The translations under genes were made by a program, and so were the position numbers. A DNA stretch of 26,211 nucleotides from a virus. Its lineage: Duplodnaviria > Caudoviricetes. Shown piece after piece: positions 16,184 to 24,119 of the stretch. The first letter of the stretch is position 1. Each line of letters opens with the position of its first letter. The notes below the pieces were generated by a model, which saw only the letters and a program-made list of their open reading frames with translations, was not told where the DNA came from and made no database searches. Location of the stretch: IMG/VR virus record IMGVR_UViG_3300042294_000098, positions 1 through 26,211 of that record. One strand, given 5' to 3'.

Positions 16184-16894
16184 GTGGACCCGCTCACCCT
16201 ACTAGCTGCGGCTAACGCTGCCGTTGCGGCAGTAAAAAAAGGATGCCAGCTATACAAGGACATCAAGGGTGCAGCGGGTGAAGTCAAAGAAGTACTGGAT
16301 GATCTGAAGTCGCAGTTCGGCAAGATTAAGAACCCAACGAACGCGCAGAAGGTTCAGTACAACGAAGAAGTGCAGCGGGTCCAAGAGATTGGCAAGGCTG
16401 ACCCGAACAACGTGTTTGTCCAGATTGGTAATGATCTGGGTGCGTTAATGGATGAGTACGACAAGATCGGTAAGGTCTTTATCCAGCAGGAAGCAGAAGC
16501 GCAGCAGGTCTACACGGGCACAGAAAGCATAGGCAAACGTGCATTGATGCGCGTCATTATCCGGTCAAGGCTGGATGCGATGGTTGCAGAATTGCGCGAG
16601 ATGATGGTCTACAAGGCACCGCCCGAGTTGGGCGACCTGTGGACAAAGTACGAAAAGATGTGGAAGCAGATCATCATTGAGCAGGACGAGGCGCATAAGC
16701 GTGAGACAGCTAAGATACAGATCGAAGCGGCAAGGCAGCGCAGACTGGCTAGAAAGAGGAAAGAAGAAGCGGTATGGGTTGGAGCAATCCTTTTCGTCGT
16801 GGCGTGGTACGCAGGGCTTCTAGTAATGCTTCGAATGAGCCAGACGTACCGTGGGCTTTACTCGTCGCCGTGGTGGTCTTGTGTTTTGTGTTAG
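16184..16894 (+). CDS. Coiled-coil protein with C-terminal transmembrane helix (236 aa)
   Basis: GTG start (MDPLTLLAAA); charged helical body; TM-like VWVGAILFVVAWYAGLLVML. Confidence 0.75.
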   Translation: MDPLTLLAAANAAVAAVKKGCQLYKDIKGAAGEVKEVLDDLKSQFGKIKNPTNAQKVQYNEEVQRVQEIGKADPNNVFVQIGNDLGALMDEYDKIGKVFIQQEAEAQQVYTGTESIGKRALMRVIIRSRLDAMVAELREMMVYKAPPELGDLWTKYEKMWKQIIIEQDEAHKRETAKIQIEAARQRRLARKRKEEAVWVGAILFVVAWYAGLLVMLRMSQTYRGLYSSPWWSCVLC

Positions 16895-17025
16895 TCATTG
16901 CTCTGCCTGTTATGGGTGTGATGTACATGGACATGAACAACGCGATGTACCGTGCGGCGGAAGAGACCCGCAAGATGAAAGAGCTACGGGTAAAAATATT
17001 ACTGGAACTAAGGGGTAACGAATGA
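16774..17025 (+). CDS. Single-pass membrane protein overlapping the upstream gene (83 aa; start uncertain)
   Basis: TM-like WALLVAVVVLCFVLVIALPV then a charged helix; fills the gap to the endolysin with an ATGA overlap. Confidence 0.65.
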   Translation: MGWSNPFRRGVVRRASSNASNEPDVPWALLVAVVVLCFVLVIALPVMGVMYMDMNNAMYRAAEETRKMKELRVKILLELRGNE

Positions 17026-17648
17026 GTGTGCTGACACTTGGGCAACTAAAGCAAATGCTTCCAAAGAATCCGTACGTGGCTGACTGGCACGAAGCCTTGT
17101 CGCAACTGCTCCCCGACTACGACATTAACACCCCACAACGCATCGCAGCGTTCGTCGCTCAATGTGCCCACGAGTCCGGTAACTTCATGGTGCTTAAAGA
17201 GAACCTGAACTACAGAGCCGCCACACTGCGCAAGATATTCCCTAAGTATTTCCCCACCGACGCAATCGCTAATGACTACGCAACAAGGCTCAACAAACAA
17301 GCAGCCATTGCAAACCGAGCCTATGCCAATCGTATGGGTAATGGTGATGAGTCTAGTGGTGAGGGCTGGAAATTTTGCGGGCGCGGGTTGATTCAGTTGA
17401 CGGGCAAAAATAATTATCAAGCCTTTGCTGACAGTCTGGAGATGGACATTAACGATGTGCCTGAGTATCTGGGTACATTCGAGGGGGCCGCTCAGTCTGC
17501 TTGCTGGTTCTGGGAGACGAACAATCTAAACAAGTGGGCAGACGCTGGGGACATCAAAGAACTGACTCGCAGAATTAACGGTGGTTACATTGGTCTGGAG
17601 GATCGGATCAAGCACTACAACCACGCGCTGCACGTAATGGGAGGCTGA
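17022..17648 (+). CDS. Endolysin, glycoside hydrolase family 19 (208 aa)
   Basis: RIAAFVAQCAHES, ENLNY, YANRMGNG, GRGLIQLTGKNNY, TRRINGG...GLEDR. Confidence 0.93.
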   Translation: MSVLTLGQLKQMLPKNPYVADWHEALSQLLPDYDINTPQRIAAFVAQCAHESGNFMVLKENLNYRAATLRKIFPKYFPTDAIANDYATRLNKQAAIANRAYANRMGNGDESSGEGWKFCGRGLIQLTGKNNYQAFADSLEMDINDVPEYLGTFEGAAQSACWFWETNNLNKWADAGDIKELTRRINGGYIGLEDRIKHYNHALHVMGG

Positions 17649-17649
17649 T

Positions 17650-18069
17650 ATGGAAAAGAAATCAAAGAGCGAACAGGCTAAAGACGACTGGATGAACACG
17701 AAGTGGCGTCCCGCTATGGGCTGGATGTACATGGGTGTATGTGTGTTTGATTTCGTGCTGGCTCCGATCCTCTGGGCGGTAATCCAGTTTTGGGAAACTC
17801 AGGCGGCTAACGACGCTTTTCGTCAGTGGCAACCCATGACGCTGCAAGGTGCTGGCTTGTTCCATATGGCTATGGGCGCGGTGCTTGGTCTGGCTGCTTG
17901 GGGCAGGACTCAGGAGAAACTTAACGGCACGGCCAGCAACAACGTCCCGGAAATCCCTGTGGCCCCCACAGCATCGGTAACCCCCCGTCAGGTACAAGTT
18001 GTAGCCGAACCCGTGGTATCCGTTAATGGTAAGAAAGCACCTCCACCTGCTCATGAACCGGAGATTTAA
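17650..18069 (+). CDS. Holin (GTA 3TM-holin-like, 139 aa)
   Basis: KWRPAMGW, hydrophobic segments, LGLAAWGRTQEK; directly after the endolysin. Confidence 0.8.
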   Translation: MEKKSKSEQAKDDWMNTKWRPAMGWMYMGVCVFDFVLAPILWAVIQFWETQAANDAFRQWQPMTLQGAGLFHMAMGAVLGLAAWGRTQEKLNGTASNNVPEIPVAPTASVTPRQVQVVAEPVVSVNGKKAPPPAHEPEI

Positions 18070-18071
18070 TT

Positions 18072-18236
18072 ATGAAAAAGCTAATTGCACTTATTGCGTT
18101 TGTTCCACTTATTGCGTTTGCTGGTGGTGAGATGAAGAAGGTCTGCCGGGAAGACCCCAAGACCAAGAAAGAAGTCTGCAAGACCATTAAGGTCCACAAA
18201 AAGCTCGAAGGTAAAAAAGTGCCGGGGCAAAAATGA
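18072..18236 (+). CDS. Small secreted basic peptide with two Cys (54 aa), absent from the ORF track
   Basis: GGAG upstream; MKKLIALIAFVPLIAFA-GGEMKKVCREDPKTKKEVCKTIKVHKKLEGKKVPGQK; ATGA overlap with the next gene. Confidence 0.8.
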   Translation: MKKLIALIAFVPLIAFAGGEMKKVCREDPKTKKEVCKTIKVHKKLEGKKVPGQK

Positions 18237-18718
18237 CGGCCTTCATGAACCCGTGGGTGATCTTGTCCTTCGTTTTGGCGATTGCCGGGTCGTTCGTGGG
18301 CGGGTATTATAAAGGTAATTCTGCGGGCATGGCAAAAGTGCAGCAGCAGTGGGATCAGGAACGGTTGCAGCAGCAGGGTGAGCACATTCAAGCACTGAGT
18401 GATGCCCGTGCAAAAGAACAAAGCCTTCAGACGCAGGCTGACCGGCTACGTGAGGAAAAAGACAATGAGATCAGGAATCTTAACGCTCGTGCCACTGCTC
18501 TTTCTAACAGCTTGCGGGACCGTCCGAGTCGCACCACCACCGTTGCCAGTACCGTGTCCAGTTCCACCGGCCTTAGCTGCCCCACCCTCACCTGTACTGG
18601 AGCAGAGCTTTCTAGAGAGGATGGAGAATTTCTTGCGGGGGAAGCTGCCAGAGCCGACGAAGCCCGCACCCTCCTCAAGCAGTGCTACGACCAATACAAC
18701 GCCGTAAGGCAAAAGTAA
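18233..18718 (+). CDS. Inner-membrane spanin (Rz-like, 161 aa)
   Basis: N-terminal TM helix, coiled coil, ARADE...LKQC C-terminus; in the lysis block and hosts an embedded lipoprotein ORF. Confidence 0.85.
   Translation: MTAFMNPWVILSFVLAIAGSFVGGYYKGNSAGMAKVQQQWDQERLQQQGEHIQALSDARAKEQSLQTQADRLREEKDNEIRNLNARATALSNSLRDRPSRTTTVASTVSSSTGLSCPTLTCTGAELSREDGEFLAGEAARADEARTLLKQCYDQYNAVRQK
18465..18707 (+). CDS. Outer-membrane lipoprotein spanin (Rz1-like, 80 aa) embedded in the +1 frame
   Basis: GAGG upstream of ATG 18465; signal MRSGILTLVPLLFLTAC with lipobox LTAC; Pro-rich mature part. Confidence 0.85.
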   Translation: MRSGILTLVPLLFLTACGTVRVAPPPLPVPCPVPPALAAPPSPVLEQSFLERMENFLRGKLPEPTKPAPSSSSATTNTTP

Positions 18719-18727
18719 GGAATAGCA

Positions 18728-21268
18728 ATGCCGTTACAAAAACTTCAGTTCCGTCCGGGTGTAAACCGCGAAGGCACAACACTCGCCAATGAAGGTGGCT
18801 GGTATGACTGCGACAAGGTGCGGTTTCGTTCAGGCTACCCAGAGAAGATTGGCGGGTGGACACTACTTTCTGCGTCAACGTTTATCGGTACATGCCGTTC
18901 GTTATGGAATTGGGTCACGCTGAAGTTTTTTAACTTGATGGGCGTGGGCACTGAGCGCAAGTTTTACATTGAGTACGGCGGTGTCTACTATGACATCACC
19001 CCTATTCGCTACAGCGTAGTTGTAAGTAACCCCTTCACGACTAACGTAACTCCGGGCACCGAGAAGATTGTGGTTGTTAACGACCCCGATCATGGTGCGA
19101 TCACTGGCGACTTTGTTACTTTTTCTGGGGCTACAGTCGTCGGCGGGTTGAATCTCAACGGGGAATTTGTAGTCACGTACGTTGACACCAACACCTACAC
19201 GATTACTTCTCTTATTGACGCAACCTCTGCGGCAACTGGCGGCGGCACAGTAACGGCAAGGTACCAGCTTAATAATGGTACTAACGTAGGAACCGCGCAG
19301 GTAGGCTGGGGTGCAGGTCTGTGGGGTGGCGTTATTACTGGCCCTGCGTTGACGCAACTTAATATGGCAACAGGTACCCTTGATACCACGCTTACTACGG
19401 CTATTACTTCGCCTTCGTCAACTGCTGATATTGACGTTATAACTACGGCGGGTTTTTCTGCGACGGGCAATATTGTAATTGGGTCAGAAGTAATTGCGTA
19501 CACCGGCACTACCGCTACGTCGTTTACCGGCATCACTCGCGGAGCCAACGCTCAGATTTATTACCCAATAGGTAAGCCTGTAGCAGCGAACAACGTCACC
19601 ATTACCGTTGACTCCACAACCAACTTCCCGCCAGCGGGTACGCTAATTATCGGCGCAGAGCTTATTTCTTACACCGGCCTTACAGGCACTACGTTTACTG
19701 GATGTTCTCGTGGTGCGTCGGGTACGACTGTAGCTCCCCATGCAGATAATACGATTGTGCAAAACGCTACTAACTATTACGGTTGGGGTCAGTCTGCATC
19801 AGTTACGTCAAACACACAGTTACGTTTGTGGAGCCAAAGCAATTTTGGGCAGGACTTGCTGTTCAACCCCCGTGGTGGTGGTTTGTATTACTGGTCCCCC
19901 GGCACGAGCACCGCACCCGACATAGCTACACGCGGAGTGCTTGTAGGTGCGTTTAACGGCATTGCAGATATTAATTCCACCGCCACGCTTACTGTAAATT
20001 TTGTAACGTCTGGAACCATTATTATTGGCATGACCGTTGCGGGTGCTGGAATCCCTTCGGGGACTACAATTTCGGGGTTCGGTACAGGTACTGGCGGTGC
20101 GGGTACTTACATCATGGATCAGTCGGCTACGGCTACGACCGCTGGCATTACGGTTATCGGTACGTCTGACTGCCCGTTTGCTATAAACGAAGTGCTGGTG
20201 GCTGATGCGTCACGTATTGTGATTGCGTTTGGCTGTAACGATTTGCTAGTTTCGCCAGACCCGTTTACTCAAGACCCGCTACTTATTCGCTGGTCTGCGC
20301 AGGAAAGCTACACCGACTGGACGCCGTCAATCACTAATCAGGCGGGCAGTTTCAGGTTATCCCACGGGTCGTCTATTGTAGGTGCGCTACAAACTCGCCA
20401 AGAAATTCTTGTCTGGACGGATGCGGCTATTTACTCGATGCAGTACATCGGCCCACCGCTTGTATGGGGCTTTACGTTACTTGCGGATAATATTTCTATC
20501 GTCTCACAAAACGCCATGGCTACGGCGGCTGGTGTGGTTTACTGGATGGGCGTAGATAAATTCTATATTTACTCAGGCCGGGTTGAGACTTTGCCTTGCG
20601 CCGTGCGGACGTACGTGTACCAAGATATTAACCGCGATCAGTTTGCACAATGTTTTGCAGGCACCAACGAGGGATACAGTGAGATATGGTGGTTCTATTG
20701 CTCTGCCAATTCTGACATTATCGACCGCTACGTCATCTTTAATTACCTTGACCGGGTCTGGTATTACGGCTCACTAGAGCGCTCTGCTTGGATAGACTCC
20801 CCCCTGCGGGAATATCCTATGGCGGCAACATTTGATGACCAGCTTGTGTTCCATGAGCTTGGCGTAAACGATGGGACTACTAACCCCCCTAGCCCGATTA
20901 GCGCCTACATCCAATCTTCTGACTTTGACATCGGGGATGGGCACAACTACGGGTTCGTGTGGCGTATGCTGCCTGATATTACGTTCGATGGGTCTTCAAC
21001 GCCGAACCCATTAAAACCCTCTGTGCGTATGACGATGCGCCCACGACAAAACCCCGGCTCAAGCTACGGTACTGCGCTATCCCCAACGGTTACAACACCG
21101 CAGAATTACGCTGGGCAAAGCACTTACACCGTGCAAGAGTTTACTGAGATTATTTATAGCCGAGTTCGTGGGCGGCAGATGGCGTTCAAAATTGAGTCTG
21201 ATACTCTGGGTACGCAGTGGCAGCTTGGTGTGCCCCGTATTGATGTGCGTCCTGACGGTAGAAACTGA
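18728..21268 (+). CDS. Tail nozzle / DNA-stabilisation protein-like (846 aa) with inserted accessory domains
   Basis: AAGGA RBS; propeller-like repeats ([18 protein letters not shown]...FYIYSG, EIWWFY); size and position before the ejection genes. Confidence 0.75.
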   Translation: MPLQKLQFRPGVNREGTTLANEGGWYDCDKVRFRSGYPEKIGGWTLLSASTFIGTCRSLWNWVTLKFFNLMGVGTERKFYIEYGGVYYDITPIRYSVVVSNPFTTNVTPGTEKIVVVNDPDHGAITGDFVTFSGATVVGGLNLNGEFVVTYVDTNTYTITSLIDATSAATGGGTVTARYQLNNGTNVGTAQVGWGAGLWGGVITGPALTQLNMATGTLDTTLTTAITSPSSTADIDVITTAGFSATGNIVIGSEVIAYTGTTATSFTGITRGANAQIYYPIGKPVAANNVTITVDSTTNFPPAGTLIIGAELISYTGLTGTTFTGCSRGASGTTVAPHADNTIVQNATNYYGWGQSASVTSNTQLRLWSQSNFGQDLLFNPRGGGLYYWSPGTSTAPDIATRGVLVGAFNGIADINSTATLTVNFVTSGTIIIGMTVAGAGIPSGTTISGFGTGTGGAGTYIMDQSATATTAGITVIGTSDCPFAINEVLVADASRIVIAFGCNDLLVSPDPFTQDPLLIRWSAQESYTDWTPSITNQAGSFRLSHGSSIVGALQTRQEILVWTDAAIYSMQYIGPPLVWGFTLLADNISIVSQNAMATAAGVVYWMGVDKFYIYSGRVETLPCAVRTYVYQDINRDQFAQCFAGTNEGYSEIWWFYCSANSDIIDRYVIFNYLDRVWYYGSLERSAWIDSPLREYPMAATFDDQLVFHELGVNDGTTNPPSPISAYIQSSDFDIGDGHNYGFVWRMLPDITFDGSSTPNPLKPSVRMTMRPRQNPGSSYGTALSPTVTTPQNYAGQSTYTVQEFTEIIYSRVRGRQMAFKIESDTLGTQWQLGVPRIDVRPDGRN

Positions 21269-21936
21269 TGGCTGGCAAAGACCGATTAGACTCTACCAAA
21301 GCACCCGCGCTCCCCTTTGCGCCGGTTCAGTACGACCGGGGGTATTCGGATACGACACACAACATCCTGCGCCAGTACTTCAACACGCTTGATAACGTCA
21401 CGGGGCAGTTGCTATCCAACGGTGGTGGGCGGTTCCTGTCTTTCCCCCATATTGCCGCGCAGGACAGCACTGACCAGTATGCAACGGGCACAAACACGGC
21501 CACCAAGGTGCTATGGAACACACTGGACTCTGGCCTCGGATTTACGCTCAACCCAAACAGCACGGCCACCCCAGACAATACCGGGGTGTACAAGATCGAC
21601 TATAGTTTGCAAGTTTTTAACACAGCTTCGCAGATTCATGAAGCGTACGTTTGGCTACAAATTAATGGCGTAAATGTGGCTGGTTCTGCCAGCGTATTTT
21701 CTATCCCCAACAGGCACGGCGGGGTAGACGGCGCAGTTGTTGCCTATTCCAGTGTTACTTTTACGGTAACTGGCGGGGATGAGGTGGCCTTGTATTGGGC
21801 AACAGACTTAGCTGCGACTTCAGGCGGCGGTAACGGGGTGTATTTACATGCTTCTCCAGCACAGACATCCCCCTTTGCCCTGCCCAGCATACCGTCGGCT
21901 ATTGGGTCGATTGTGTTTGTAAGCGGTGTGGTGTGA
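21268..21936 (+). CDS. Putative tail needle/plug protein with C-terminal beta-sandwich knob (222 aa)
   Basis: TGATG coupling; PALP...LRQYFNTLD helix then a C1q/TNF-like GVYKIDYSLQ...VWLQING...GDEVALYW pattern. Confidence 0.55.
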   Translation: MAGKDRLDSTKAPALPFAPVQYDRGYSDTTHNILRQYFNTLDNVTGQLLSNGGGRFLSFPHIAAQDSTDQYATGTNTATKVLWNTLDSGLGFTLNPNSTATPDNTGVYKIDYSLQVFNTASQIHEAYVWLQINGVNVAGSASVFSIPNRHGGVDGAVVAYSSVTFTVTGGDEVALYWATDLAATSGGGNGVYLHASPAQTSPFALPSIPSAIGSIVFVSGVV

Positions 21937-22244
21937 TGGAAGACGTGCGCGAAACCCTGTACCAAGATGAAGACGTGTGCTTCCTCTGCGATTACTTGCG
22001 GGAGATTGGTAAGGTGGCGCTGCACTTGAACATAACGCCGGGGGCGTGGTCACCGTCAAAGTTTAAGAGGTACCGTAGTATTTTTGTTAACGTGGTTGCG
22101 CCGGGGTTAAAAGCGGCAGGATACAATGAAGTATACGCAACCCCTTTTGAGAATGACGTAAAAGCGCGTAAACTTATCGCAATGTTCGGATTACACGAGT
22201 ATGGGCAAAACATGGGCCTCGTACTGATGAAGAAGGAGATTTAA
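21936..22244 (+). CDS. Small protein, possible GNAT-like fold (102 aa)
   Basis: TGATG coupling; EVYATPFENDVKARKLIAMFGL resembles the GNAT C-terminal motif. Confidence 0.55.
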   Translation: MEDVRETLYQDEDVCFLCDYLREIGKVALHLNITPGAWSPSKFKRYRSIFVNVVAPGLKAAGYNEVYATPFENDVKARKLIAMFGLHEYGQNMGLVLMKKEI

Positions 22245-22245
22245 C

Positions 22246-23718
22246 ATGCCTGCTGCCGTTGCCGCTGGGATAGCCAGTACCGCTTTAACTGCCCCCGTTA
22301 TAGCAGGGGGGTTGGGTGCTTTAGGAACTGGGTTAGCTGCTGGTGCTTCCTTAGCTGGCAGCGGGGGACTGCTTGGCAGTCTGGGCCTTAGTCCGATTGG
22401 CACGGGGTTAGGGGGCCTTGCTCCGGGGGTTGCAGCTAACATTGCTCCAGCAGCGGCATCTCAACTTGCGGGTACCGTTCTTCCCGGTCTACAAGGTGGT
22501 ATGGGTGCACTGGCTCCGGGGGTTACTCCGGGTTTAACTGGCTCTGCCGCACAAACTATGGGGTTAAATACTCTTAAGTCGCAAGCACTACAAGGTGGTC
22601 TCGCACAAATGCCGGGTGCAGCGGGATCGCAGTTTGCCCAAGTAGCTCCCAATTTGGCGGGGCGTGAACAGCTTCTACAAGCATTTTCTCAGCCTAACTT
22701 AGGGCAAAACCTGACTCAACTGGGGCCTAAGTTAGCCGGTGATGCAACTGCGTCTTCGCTGACTCCACAAACATCAAATCTGGCGGAGACTATCCGTAAT
22801 GCCAACACGGCAATGCGGGGTAACGCACCCATTTCTTACGCTCAAGGCGCGCAAGGTATAGCCCCAAATGCGATGGCTACTCCGTCAGTTGTACAACCCG
22901 GCCAAAACTTCATGCAGAACCTCGGTAGCCTGATGCAAAACCCTAGCGTACAAGGCGCGAAAGATTACGCTGAGGAGCATCCCTACGCTACCAGTGCAGC
23001 AGTTGGTCTTGGCACGATGGGCCTAACAAATGCTATGAAACAGAAGGGTGTAAGAGAGCCTGAGTCAAACGCAATGATTCGCCCGTACGGTTTTGACTAT
23101 GGCGCAACAGGTGCGGAATATCAGCCGGGCGGATCGACCAGTGAGCAGCTTTACTTTAACCCTACCTATACTGCTGGTGAGCCGTACAAAGCAGACGAGA
23201 AGGCCGAGGGGGGTATTGCTTCTGCGTATGCAATGGGTGGCCCTGTTGAGCAGATGGCGGCACAAAATGCAGTGGGGGCCAATACTGGCTACCCGATGGC
23301 AAACATAAACTCGCCGATGTACGCCAATCCAATGATGCAACGCCCCGAAGCCACTAATGTTATAGCGCCAAGCGCCGATGCCGGTGTTAGTGCTTTTAGC
23401 GGAGAGCCAAGGTTTGCTGCGGGTGGTATATCTACTTTAGGTGGTTATTCTGATGGTGGGCGGTTGTTGAAAGGTCCGGGCGATGGTGTTTCTGATTCTA
23501 TTCCTGCTTCTATTGGTAATCGCCAGCCTGCCCGTCTTGCTGATGGAGAATTTGTCGTGCCTGCCCGAATTGTTTCGGAGCTTGGTAACGGAAGCACGGA
23601 GGCTGGTGCGCGAAAGCTTTACGCGATGATGGATCGTGTGCAAAAGTCCCGCAAGAAAAGCGTAGGTAAAGGCAAGGTGGCAGTGGACAGTAAAGCGTCT
23701 AAGCACTTGCCCGCATGA
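22246..23718 (+). CDS. Putative internal virion / DNA ejection protein (490 aa)
   Basis: AAGGAG RBS; G/A/L-rich hydrophobic N-terminus; C-terminal GPGDGVSDSIPA...LADGEFVVPA domain. Confidence 0.7.
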   Translation: MPAAVAAGIASTALTAPVIAGGLGALGTGLAAGASLAGSGGLLGSLGLSPIGTGLGGLAPGVAANIAPAAASQLAGTVLPGLQGGMGALAPGVTPGLTGSAAQTMGLNTLKSQALQGGLAQMPGAAGSQFAQVAPNLAGREQLLQAFSQPNLGQNLTQLGPKLAGDATASSLTPQTSNLAETIRNANTAMRGNAPISYAQGAQGIAPNAMATPSVVQPGQNFMQNLGSLMQNPSVQGAKDYAEEHPYATSAAVGLGTMGLTNAMKQKGVREPESNAMIRPYGFDYGATGAEYQPGGSTSEQLYFNPTYTAGEPYKADEKAEGGIASAYAMGGPVEQMAAQNAVGANTGYPMANINSPMYANPMMQRPEATNVIAPSADAGVSAFSGEPRFAAGGISTLGGYSDGGRLLKGPGDGVSDSIPASIGNRQPARLADGEFVVPARIVSELGNGSTEAGARKLYAMMDRVQKSRKKSVGKGKVAVDSKASKHLPA

Positions 23719-24119
23719 AGATACAGCACGTAAACCTAGAGTACGTAAATCAAGTTTGGCCCAAGGTCGAGGACTACATTAAATGGGCGTTGGATTACCA
23801 GACTGACTACACGATAGAACACGTAAAGACGTTTATTGTTACTGGTGCTTGGACATTGGTAGTTGCTGTAGACGAAGCTGGAGAAATCAAAGGCGCGTCG
23901 GCAATACAGTTCTTTAACCGCCCGAATGACCGGGTTGCGTTTGTTGTGTCTATGGGTGGCAAGTTAATAACTAACAAGGAAACGTATCAACAGTTTTCTG
24001 ACTTGCTCAAAGCGTTCGGCGCAACCGCTATTGAAGGTGCTGCCAGAGAATCCATAGCCCGCTTGTGGAAGCGATACGGGTTCGAAGAAAAGTATAGGAT
24101 CGTAGGAGCAAAATTATGA
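23715..24119 (+). CDS. Small protein, possible GNAT-like fold (134 aa)
   Basis: ATGA overlaps on both sides; AIEGAARESIARLWKRYGFEEKY. Confidence 0.6.
   Translation: MKIQHVNLEYVNQVWPKVEDYIKWALDYQTDYTIEHVKTFIVTGAWTLVVAVDEAGEIKGASAIQFFNRPNDRVAFVVSMGGKLITNKETYQQFSDLLKAFGATAIEGAARESIARLWKRYGFEEKYRIVGAKL

Noticed and set aside
16232-16243. Slippery A-run (GTA AAA AAA GGA) as a programmed -1 frameshift
   Set aside because: The -1 frame stops after about 13 codons and no stimulatory structure is evident.
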